Source of the DNA: Laetmonice hystrix
Taxonomy: Eukaryota
Direction: 5' to 3'
NCBI GenBank assembly: GCA_965235115.1
Contig: OZ249436.1
Span: forward strand, 31,994,001-32,058,000
Length of the DNA: 64,000 bases
This document shows, in pieces, positions 14,742 through 26,250 of the stretch. Both the position numbers and the translations under genes were made by a program. Positions within the stretch are counted from its first letter, which is position 1; every line of letters begins with the position of its first letter. The notes beneath the pieces were generated by a model. The model saw nothing but the letters and a program-made list of their open reading frames with translations, was not told where the DNA came from and did no database searches.

Positions 14742-14906
14742 GGCCCGGTTTCAGAAAGGTTAGCATGATCTTAAGGCTCTGCTTAGCCTTTTAGGACCCC
14801 TGATTGGCTGGTCCTCTGCTGCTCAGCTTCATCCAGCCAATCAGGGGTCCTAAAAGGCTAAGCAGAGCTTAAATTAAGATCATGCTAACCTTTCTGAAAC
14901 CGGGCC
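14742..14906. mobile_element. Near-perfect palindromic MITE, 165 bp, CAG target-site duplication (Harbinger-like)
   Basis: About 70-bp arms ggcccggtttcagaaaggttagcatgatcttaa...tgattggctgg and their reverse complement. CAG on both sides. Confidence 0.92.
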
Positions 14907-16768
14907 CAGGGACCAAGACTACCATATTAGATAACATTACGACTTCGGACTCGACCCAATGCAACGCCGGAGGAATGAAGAACTCCTGAAAGGTGTAGGA
15001 CGTCAAGAACTGCTGAGTTTGCCGTAAATTACAACTTGCTGAGACGGCTTCCTGGCCGGGCCGCCAGCGAGCAGTGGAGACCACTCGTGTTGAGGTCCTG
15101 GCAGAGTGTGACAAGGAGAGATCCATTCCATGGCGAGGTGTAAGCGACATGACAGGTGCTCTTTGTGCCAGCTGACATCTCCTGGCAGCACGGAGACCTC
15201 GGCTTGGTTCTCCACCACTCGGGGAGGAGCATCAATCACATCAATACACACCCACTCCCAACACTACCACGACATCGGGCCCAGTGTCACACCATTCCCC
15301 ACCCACAGCGTCACAATGGCGCATTTTCTTATACAGGTTCCGGATTAAAGTTCACAACACCATTCTGCCCTGAACACACACCAACATGGGAGCATAGGTG
15401 CATTTCAAAGCTCAATCTTAGCTGTACGATATTGCTATGGTTAAAACCTCCAGCTGATATGGGGAAAACGGTCACACCAACCATTAATTGTCATGCGACA
15501 TTTATGTAGACACAACGGAATACCAACGACAGTGGGTCATGCCAGCTACGCATACTGTTCGTACCGCCAGCAGTCAGAAATCTGATAACCGTAGACCATA
15601 ACTTAGGTTTGGAGTACGACTCCTCCAATAAATCAACTACCGGACTCTATGGCCGGCTAGATGCATCCCGTCTACAACAGGACCCCAATGCCTCACCGTA
15701 CACTTTTTTCTTCCCAAGGGGGGAGGGGTAACAATACGCTACCTATACTTATGAAAATAGAACTTGTGCTTTTTAGACGCCTAGGTTCTTTTACCGACTT
15801 GAATAAAAGGACGCTGGTACATCCCTCTATTTCAATAAAAGATCAGTCAAAAATCTCCCTTTCTATCCACCCCCACCCTACCCATGCACAATAAGTTGGA
15901 ACACACATGAAAACCTGTCCTCGTCTTTCTTCCCGCTTGAGCCTCAGCGCAGAACCATCAAGGAATCTGCTGATAATCTGTGATTAATTCTACAATTTGG
16001 CATGCCTTAGTTATTTCTAGGACACGTAGAACTGTTCTCCATCTTTGGTTTGTAAGAAAACCTAATAATTACCACTGGAACACCATGTCATTAACGGCTA
16101 TCCGTCTTCAAAACCCTGATTATACAACAGGTACCAAGGACTAATTTAAGGAATGCGCGAAGGAAAGGCATAACGCTACAATTTCTTGATTCCTTCTACG
16201 ATGATGCGGACAAGTGGGGTTTGTTTTCTTTAAAAATTATATAGATCTAGTTTTTGTGGAAGGTACCTGTCCGAATAACCATGTCCCCATCTTATCAAAT
16301 CCACTGTAGCTTCTAATTACTAACATGTTCATTGTGTAATTACATGTATAAGGATAACAAATTACAAATACTCTCCATCCGATATAAAGGGATCTATTCT
16401 AATTACTGAAACACTTGTGACGATTGCCAACCTTGGTTAATTTTCTATCATGAGTGTCCATCCCAACCGAGGGTGGCCATGGTATAGGACAGCCATGGTA
16501 TAAGACGGCTATGGTATTGGACCTTTTGTTTCTGACCACCTCAAGTTCTGGGAGGTTGTGATAGAACGGTGATGGGGCAGCGACCACCGACCGGGGGACG
16601 GGGGTTAACTCCGGTTCTCTCCGCCAACAAGTCGCCCAGTGGGACGGTCTGGCAAGGAACATACAGCCGCTTATAATACAAACCACCTTCAAGCAGGGGC
16701 TGGGGTTAGGTGCGGTCAGGTGGGATCCGGTGATAGGGTGGTGCAAACAAGACAGAACTAAGAAAGCT

Positions 16769-17135
16769 GTGAGTGTGAGTGAATTGGAGGTTTTATGCCC
16801 TCTCGGCAGTATTCCAGCCATATTGAAGGCGATATGAACCATATAATTCAGTCAAGCAACCTATTGTAGGGGAGTCATGATGAGGATGAAGTGAGATAGA
16901 AACCTGCCACTGGGAGGCAATCCCCTATTCTTTTCGAAAAATGGCAAGGGTTCTTTATATATCCTCAATCGCAGAGACACGGCTGGACAACGCCTTTGAT
17001 GACCCAGTAGCGGAGCACTGGGGAGGTCCAGTGAGGAAAATGGTATTGGAAGGATCCAAATCTACCTGTGCCACGCAGCTGATTTTACAATCCGACAAGT
17101 TTTGAACCTGTGTCTCGACTGGAGGTGCTAGCATG
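16769..17135 (-). mobile_element. Decayed tRNA-derived SINE with a Nin/Deu-type central domain and a (cact)-like tail
   Basis: The minus strand shows a B-box-like ggttcaaaac. The core ccagtgctccgctactgggtcatcaaaggc...atataaagaacccttgccatttttcgaaaagaatagggg...gtggcaggtttc and the tail atatggctggaatactgccgagagggcataaaacctccaattcactcacactcac resemble molluscan/lophotrochozoan SINEs (recalled, not searched). Confidence 0.7.
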
Positions 17136-17515
17136 CATGTATGTATATCCAAACATCATCTCGGAGGATGGACACTTTTCTGGTGGTGGAACAAATGATT
17201 ACAAAATAATGAAATTGACACGTTGCTGGGACTGGGACAAACCTATTACCTGGAATGTTGTTCTAAATAAATTGCAGAGTTATTTTCAGGTTACCCTGGA
17301 GTAACCCATAGGGTTGACCCCATAGTTACACTAACAGAAATCCCATGGTTACACTAACAGAATATGTGATAAAGAGCTCATGTTAACTTCACTCTGACTT
17401 TACTCTGACTATTCTTCATTAACTGTAGGATTCAGTCTGACAGCTTCAACTGAACGGCTTCATTGCCTGCACGCACCATGCACGGTGTGAGACTTTCCGA
17501 CGTGACGCAACTGAC

Positions 17516-17600
17516 CTTTACTGGATGTCGTTCACAAAAGTACGTTACTCACCTGAAAATAGAAACAGAAACAGTCAATTACATAAGTCATGTGCCCACT
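17516..17600 (-). other. Candidate recursive splice site (junction 17553|17552) with a 37-nt cryptic exon (17552-17516)
   Basis: Sense strand reads aattgactgtttctgtttctattttcag|GTGAGTaacgt. Downstream donors are AAG|GTCAGT (17515) and ATG|GTGCGT (17476). Confidence 0.7.
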
Positions 17601-20600
17601 CTGCTTCGCAATGAAACATAAAGGAGATTACTGATGAAATAACACTATTCGCTCTCTTTGGTACATAAAAATAATATTTTCATTTAAGTTGGTAGAATTT
17701 GTGTAGCTGACAGAACGATAATCTGCCCACTGCTTATACTATTCCTTTCCCCCAGCATATTCTATTTTAATAACTCAATTTAAGCCCATCTGGGTTACAG
17801 CCCAAATTACGGTTTCAACATGTTTTCGCATACTGGAGGGACCTTGGACAAAGCTTGAGGGTGGCCTGTCTATTTATATCTCCCTATTATCCTAACTTGG
17901 AGATTGGATCAATTATCCTAATTGTCCATCGCTCAGCCATCTGGCTCACTGGTTGCCAGTCAGCATTGGTCAAAATCTCTTGTGATCACATATTTATACG
18001 CTTTCCTGCCAAACACGTTTTGGAAAATGTGAGGAAAAATGAGATACTTTGGTGTTATCTTGAGTCATTATTTTGGTGAATGGAATTGTTACTAATGATA
18101 ACGGTGAGTGATGCAAGGACTAATCATTTCATACGTTTTGTTGTGGTTAGTGTTATTTACGCTTTTCGTAACGGTTTACCGACCATCTAGCTTAGCCTCG
18201 TCTGAGTGGACGGAACTGGATCACTCACACAGAGACACCTGACTGATCGCTTCTGTCTCATCTCACTGAATCTGAGGCGAGGAGACAACGTTGTATCTTA
18301 AAGGTATGAAAATTTCATTTCAACAAATTCCTCCAAACAGCCAACGTATTCGCCGTTAGGTTCATGAATACGTTAATATTATATTTTAGAGATGCCGCAA
18401 TTTTGAGAAAAAATAAACTTAATCTTTTTTTTTTTTTTTTTTTGGGGGGGGGGGGGGTTGACGGATATAATAAGGACAATGACTAAGTACATAGTGCTAC
18501 ATTATCCACTTCTTTCTCCCAGATTCAAAAGCCGAAAATAACCTAATGCATGCAACATACATGTATATATTTAAACTCCCCTTCCCTCAGCGACCTTGGT
18601 ACGGTGACGTGTAACTATCGTCCTTAGTCGGTCCCAGGGATTCTGTTAGGACTACCAGCGAGGTGTATTTCGTGCGACAATCTGCTGGAAAAACGTCAAT
18701 CTCCCGAACACCCTGTCTAAACTGATCAGGCAGTCTCCAGCTCTCAGAGTGCGTCAGGTCACCGTCCATCAAACACACACACACAAGGTTATAATACATG
18801 GCCCTGTGTCAACATCTCTGGCCGTACAAACATGCGACGCAATCTTGTCGCGTTTGATGGAGGCCATTGTGGTATTACAGGAAGAGCCAAAAGCCACTGC
18901 ATGCATTTAATTTCGCAGGGCCACTGTTGGCTAAGTGGCGCTAAAGCTGCTGAATGGGCACCTGCCGGTGCCAGGCGGAGTGCACCATCAAATCCCCGGG
19001 CCCCAGTGGCCACGGCTGAGGGCTGACCACTAGGGAAACGTTACAGCCCCATGACGACGACAACTCGTTACCTGTGTCTGCTGAGGCAGCACTTGGGGCC
19101 TGCTAATGATGAAACGGACAACTTCCAATTAAACGATTTCTTGTCAGACATACTGTCAGGCAATCGGCTCATTAGGCAGCGAGCATGTGGGTCTTCTCGA
19201 AGGGTCATGCCCAAGTGTGGGTCTAATCGCCTTTCGTTGCCCTGCTCTGGACACCTAAAACTCACTCACTTTAACTCCTCAACTCACGATCAAGGTCAAA
19301 ACCCAATAAGAGCCCGGCCTTTAATGACATTTTGCCAGTTTCACGAATCTATAACCTTCAAGCACTTATGATTCTTACTCGACGTTACTAGATCTACTTG
19401 TACCAACGGGGTCGAATGGTTTTGTCAGACTTCAACTAATTAACAGTTATAAAACCTGAACGTGTCAACGTAAGCCAGAAATTCTACATTGAACATGACA
19501 GTAGGCCCCATATAGTATAAAAGTCCATTTTCTAAAGATGTTCCGGGGGAAAATGCTGGTTGTAAAGCTATAAGGTTAACTTCATGGACCAAAGCCTCTC
19601 GTTATGTCCATGCTTAATCCTTTCACTTAACTTGCAGAGATCGGATTTAATGCGATTCTTCAACCCGAATGGACAATTTAAGAGACCCCTTGGTTGTACT
19701 CATAATTACGATGTCATTCAGCCAAACAAGGCTTACGAAGTATTCTATAACAAGACTCTTTATACGGCAACATCAAGACCTGATGGTGATACTGACCACT
19801 GGTTCCCTCAACATGAACATAATTCAGCCGTATATTTAAGGCTCCTACTTTTGTAACATTCAATAAAGGTTTAAACACCCCATCAAAGGATTGCTCTTTT
19901 AAAAAGGGGAAGGGCGTTTTTCGTCCAGAATATAGAACATAATTGAGATGGTATTTTAAAACTGATTGCCTCTCTAGTTTACAAAATATTGATGAAGCAA
20001 CACATTAAGTTGAAACGCATGTACACGCCGTGCAGTCAGTTATCTTAATTGTATATCTTAGCGATGGAAATAGAGTCGATTACTGCTACAGCACAGTATT
20101 GTCAAAGTTTTAGACAAGCGCAGATTCATTTCAACACTTTAACAAGCTGATCGAAAGATATGCTGGCCCTTTTCACCTATGTCACCAACATTTTCAACCT
20201 ACCATCTCCACAAGTCATGCAGGATTTCAAAATGTTTCACATATAACATACAGGATCCTCATAAGACAAAATACCACATAGATCGAGTTTTCCTAAACCG
20301 ATACTTTGTACGTTTTGCTGTATTCACATTCAATACTGGGGCAGTAGAACCTCGTAGTATATAATTCTTACGACGCTGATTTCTTTAAGACCCAGCGTCG
20401 TGTTCTGCTCGCCTTCCATCTCGTTGTTCTGCACGTACTTTGCATAAATCTGCTGACTAAGAGCGGGACGCGATGCCTCCACAAAATCCTACCCGATCCC
20501 TGCTAAATGTTCATATTTCTAATACTTTCAGCGAGAGGCAAATGGCAGCGACCTGAGACAAGGAAATGGGACATATCAAGTTATATGTGGTTGCCTTTTT

Positions 20601-20899
20601 TTCTGCGATTGTGAATCAAACTTAACTCCGACTCATTATATTATATACATGTACCTGTGGTTAAAGTCGTCAAGCACCGACCTATCAAGTGACACTGATC
20701 AGTGCATACAGCGGTTTGACGTCTGCTCACGTGAACTGTAACTAAAGGCCCGAGTCCGCACGCTACTTTATGACCGACTTCATGACTGTCTACACACTCG
20801 TTACCACCGACCGTTGTCTGTTAAAGGTTCCCGTCTTATTTTCTTCATGCATCAAGGACTCCCCTAACAAAGATACGGGCCTTGGCGGCGCTTCTCCAC

Positions 20900-21035
20900 C
20901 AGAGGCCAAGTTTTTCCAAACTTATCTTCTTGGTTAAGCTCAGGATCAACGCTTCTGATTGGCTGGTCTGCAGGAACCAGCTAATCAGAAGCGTTAAGTC
21001 TTAAGTTTAAGCGAGTTTTGAAAAACTGGTCCCTG
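20900..21035. mobile_element. Degenerate palindromic MITE related to 14742-14906
   Basis: Core aacgcttctgattggctgg...ccagctaatcagaagcgtt, imperfect ggccaagtttttc/gaaaaactggtcc ends, CAG/CTG flanks. Confidence 0.7.
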
Positions 21036-21144
21036 TTGTATTTCGTAACACAACGTCCCTGGAATCCGATCATCTTAGCATGTCCGGTGGAACACCATCG
21101 AACACCAGATGCTCAATTTAGTCCTACACTACAGTGTAAAAAGT

Positions 21145-21175
<31 letters not shown>

Positions 21176-23853
21176 GGTCTGCGAGTCTGGATCAACATAC
21201 GCGACCACAGCGCCATCTTTTTCTTCAACTGTCTGTATCAGCTAGTAACCAAATTTTCCCCACGCCATCGTATGTATTCATGCTGGCCAGTCTCTTTTTT
21301 CTTCACAGGACTTCACGTGCTATCCCATAGCACTAGGTACCCGGAACCACATCTTATATCAACTATTCAATATTGGCATAATTACCCTTTATATTAACTG
21401 CGCCGTAAATGTAAGCCTGTCGTAAGCAAGTATGAATTCCCAACTGGAGAACACCTGAGCACCATTGGCACTGCGAAGTTTGGAAAGGTCAGGCCAAACT
21501 GCAGCTACCAATACCACCTTAACAATTCATCATATTCCTTGGCTTGTTTTTTGGCACATCCTAAGCTAAATTCATGACACAGTGTTCTCATAACGAAGCT
21601 AATGTTTCCTCTTGGAAGATTTTAAACAGGCACTTCCTGAAGGCCAAATTTGCTTTTCTCTGGCAAAACTTGTAATTGGCAGTGTAGGAGGCATGCAATC
21701 ATGTTACTCTATCTCCAAAATAGTCTTCATTGATGTAAATTTAATAAGTAAACAGTCTAAACAAGCTGATTTGAGGCACTGAATCAAAGTGGAAAATGTC
21801 AATTTCCTGCAGTAGGAGTCCTGAATATGGACTCCATGTGTCCTGGTATGCCCCTTGCAATGCTATCTGATATACTTTACATCCCCCTCTACACGAACTG
21901 CATGAGCTCATATTGTCAAACTGTCACTGCTCCCCTCCACATCTGATTGGACCGACCGTCTGCAGCCGTCGGCGCCAGTGTTTACGTTTATATCAAGAAA
22001 AGCGCACAATATCATTTAATACCTTGTCCTGGACTCCCTCCTCCAAAATCCAGGGTCTTTTCCCGTATAAACTTAAACGGGGACGTTTCTCGCAATATTT
22101 AATTAGCAGCTGTCGAACATGGCCTCGGTTAAATGTACCTTGTTTCAGTTTATGTTTTAACCATGCAGCTACAAAAACGTGTTTTGAAGCCTTACCATTC
22201 TGTGATGCACTGAAGTGCTTTAAATAGTCCAACAGTAAACAACTATAACATCTATAAATATCTCGATATTTATTTTATGTGACCTGTCACTACCTTTGCC
22301 TCAAGATACATTTAATACTTGTGTCATTTATTATACTTTGCAGCCTCAGATTCAATGAGCGGTTTTACAAAAGTACAACTTTAAAATAGCAATATTTTAT
22401 CTCCTAATTATAAATAAAGAACGAAATGGAGCTCCAAAAATGTTAACGATGTGAAACTTAAAAATCCGAAATAATACTTCCCCTTCGCCTAAATCCTGCA
22501 CTGTCTTCACTACTGGCACATTGATTGTAATGATGGTAATATTGTTGATGACAACACGAACTCCACACCCAGTGGGGATAGGAACGCAGAAATAAGCGAC
22601 CATTTTTTGGCCATTGCAAGCTGTCTTTTATTCATTTATAATTACCGCACACCCCAAGCCATGGCGCTGTGCTGTGATTATGCCCGCCTTTCTGTCGGCG
22701 GCGCTGTCAGCCAACCTCAACCAGTGAAACCGTGCCTCCCCCTTCCTCGTCTTTCTCCCATGTCTCCTGCGACGCCGACAATGGTGAGACGTGGCTGGAG
22801 GAGGCGTCGTCGTCCCGCCAGCATCCATCTGCCAATATCTCATTCTTAACCTCAGACAATGACAACTAATCAGGCAACAGGCTCGCCGCCACAATCATAA
22901 GTGTGGTCCGCCGCGCAATACCTGCGATATCTTGACAAGAACAGGTAGTGTACTAATTTCGGGACAATGTCAGACTGCCTGTTGGCATTGGCCATCTCCT
23001 GTTCAGATTTATCCAGCGGAGTGGGCTGGAAGGAATTAGCTTATTCATGAACGGAGGAAAACGTCGCTGTAACGAGCACAGGCTAGCGTTACAAAATACG
23101 GAGAGGTAGTCTGCAGAAAGATTTGGACTGACTCGAGCAGTGAGATGATTGGCGAGATGTGGCTAAATGTCTGTCTCGCCCCTGTCCCTTTGTTTAGAAT
23201 GAAGAATATCATCCCTAAAAATAATGATTTCATCAATAAATAGGGGGTTTCCCCACTCTGTTTGCTTCTATTATCTAAGTGAAAATGTATGGCAATGATA
23301 AATTGTATGCATAGTGATGATACTTTCTGGCTCCGCCACACAAAGAAGAGAACCTTATATCCAATCAAATATATCTGAACTATATCAGAAAGCATCTTTC
23401 TATTGTATCTCAGAAATATGACTTCAAAATCGACAGCACCCACAGTGCTGGAAAAAAATGCCTACCGTTTTTACGTTAGGCTACACTCACAAAAAATGAG
23501 ATTTCACAAAGAATTTCAACATTAAATTTTGTTTTTGACTATATCTTTGCGTCCCTTTTTCGACAACCGTCAAAACCTGGGTATTGCATCGAGTTTCATA
23601 GGCCAGGGTTGGGGGGGGGGGGGAAACGAATGATACCGATATTTTAGACCCCGTCATCACATCTTATACTGCTGCCTGCTGCAGCTGGCTGATCCAATCA
23701 GTAAGCTTGTAACAACCAGCCATCAGGCGAACCTTCACGCTAATGGTTCCGCTGCCTCAGGTACGTGATCTGAGGGCAATTCGGCCACTCTTCCTCGGCC
23801 TCGCATCACGGGTCTCCCAAGTATCACCCAGAATGCCTGTCACGACAATCGAA

Positions 23854-24095
23854 CTGCCCTTATTCTAACATCATTCAAACTGCATCCTTTTGGCTGCCCT
23901 TATTTTAACGTCATTCAAACTGCATTCTTTTGGCTGCCCTTATTCTAACGTCATTCAAAATGCATCCTTTTGGCTGCCCTTATTCTAACGTCATTCAAAC
24001 GGCATCCTTTTGGCTGCCCTTATTTTAACATCATTCAAACTGCATCATTTTGGCTGCCCTTATTCTAACATCATTCAAACTGCATCCCTTTGGCT
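23854..24095. repeat. 40-bp minisatellite, about 6 copies
   Basis: Unit ctgcccttattctaacatcattcaaactgcatccttttgg. Confidence 0.95.
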
Positions 24096-24494
24096 ATCGC
24101 TTCTGTTGTGAGGTAAGGTCGAAACCTTGATAATGTCCACACACAAAATAAAAAAAGAAATAAAATTCAAGCGCTGCTTTAGAGTCTTGGCCATGGAAAA
24201 CGACAGGGACCAAGGCAACACTGTCTCTTCTTGAACATCTTACAAATCACTGAGGGAAAACAGGTCGTATGTTGATAAACATCTAGCCTTATTACGTTCC
24301 AAAAAAACCGCGACGAAACCACTGATACGGTGGCCCCACCAGGTGTGCCGACAGAATGTGCCTGACGGGGCGAGAAACCAATTAAAGCAAGGCTTCTGGC
24401 GTCGTGTTGGAGCCGACAATCGGCTTCCACTTCCCCGCTACCTTCTAATGACACATGTCTTCTAACTTACAATCAGACCGTCAGACATTATATT

Positions 24495-24815
24495 ATAGGG
24501 TGGGCATAACAAAAATTGTCGAACTTCGACGTCAAATATTTCAAAAACCATACGTCACAAGCTTCTGAGAGGTTATAGGCGTAAATACCTTGATGTTCCT
24601 AACATTTCTTGACATTTCCAAAATGATATGTCAAAAATAGTCCCTCCATGAGATCAAGTTGAACCAGGTAGGACGTTATTACAACTAAATCAGGAACAAC
24701 ATTTTTGAGACACAATTTTAATTTAATTCACATCTAAGGACAATGTGAGATATCAACATGAATATTTCAACAGATGTTTAGCACACGAGGTTTTTTTAAA
24801 TGTCCACCCGATATA
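24495..24815. mobile_element. Possible decayed Tc1/mariner-type MITE
   Basis: Ends tatagggtgggcat and atgtccacccgatata are imperfect inverted repeats with TA flanks. Confidence 0.35.
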
Positions 24816-26001
24816 AGAACTTCTTCTTCAAGTACACACGTTGGTCTATGTCGGTGTAATTAGGATTTGTAGACCCAGACGTAAAATAATTATAAGGGAA
24901 AGAAAAAGATAGGGGCATACATGTTGTTTGTAGGTTTAATGTCTCGGTGGCTCAGGATGACATGCCATCAGTTTAGAATTGGGCCAGCCTCGGCCTGCGT
25001 GCGGACGTCGTGACTTATTACTGTCTTCAGACTAGAGACAGAGAAACACCAGCCGCCACAACCGTGCCTTTTTGGTCGTGCAAGATTAATTTTACAACGT
25101 ACAAATCTTGGAATTCTGATCTTTGCAAACGTAGACAGAGCAAAAGAACCCATCATAACTAAACAAGAAAAATCGTCACAAGCACCGACCAACAAGAATG
25201 CAGTGACGGGTATGATTTTTGTCAATGTTACTTTATTTCAGATTCTTTCATGCCGTCTGTGAGCACTGCTGTGAAGCGAACCTTTTGCTATCATTGAGCA
25301 CCGACAAACAAAGATGGAATTACCGACGCTATTTTTCACGAGAAATCACTACTTTATTTCATTGGCAATGCCTTGGGGCCCTTCCAAATATGGGAACGCG
25401 CTTCTCAGATTGTGTGCCATTCTAAATGTTGATGTTCAGGCGAGCAGGCGAGCAAGATTTAAATAATTTCAAGAATGATAGGATGCAGTCAGCTTTTTGT
25501 GAAGGTTATTGCAGAAAATCTACGCTTTGAGAGAAATCGACTCGTTTTAATGTTTACCCTCTGCTGTTACAGCATATATGTGGAGGAGACTTCTCTCAGG
25601 CAAAGAACAGAATTAACCTCAACTCTTTCCTTTGACCCCTTCAGGAAATACTGCGAAAATTGGACAATCCCTTTTATCCGGACAAAAACCTTTAAACCTT
25701 TTAAATGAGATTTGTCTAATTTAATTTGTCCACACGCAATATTTTGCCCCTTTCTCTGTACTGAAAGGTCAGTTTCCCATGTAGTTAGATCGGTCCCCAC
25801 ACGGGGGTGCCACTGACACATTTTGGTCTATTTATAGGTCGAGGATCAATGGCATTCGAAATGCAAAATCAGAGGTCAGTTGAACTGGAGGCCTGAGAGC
25901 ATTCCCACTTGTTCCAACAGGTATAACAGTCAGTCCTATAGATTTCTTGGAGTAACACCCAAGGTACGACACAAGACGGTAGACCAGAAACAACGATTCG
26001 T

Positions 26002-26250
26002 GTTCTTGAGCTGTGAACTTCCATGGTTCTTGAGATGTGAACTTCCATGGTTACTGAGTTATGAACGTCCATGGTTACTGAGCTGTGAACGTCCATGGTT
26101 CTTGAGCTGTGAACTTCCATGGTTACTGTGCTGCGAACTTCCATGGTTACTGAGCAGTAAACTTCCATGGTTGCTGAACTGTAAACTTCCATAGTTACTG
26201 CGCTGTAAACTTCCATGCTTACTGAGCTGTGATCTTCTATGGTTACTGAG
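26002..26250. repeat. 24-bp minisatellite, about 10 copies
   Basis: Unit gagctgtgaacttccatggttact. It explains the 8-aa periodic ORFs on both strands. Confidence 0.95.

Noticed and set aside
22397..22603. Sense-strand 68-aa ORF with aaaaATGG context after a TATA-like motif
   Set aside because: No recognisable homology and no convincing splice donor. Consistent with a chance ORF.
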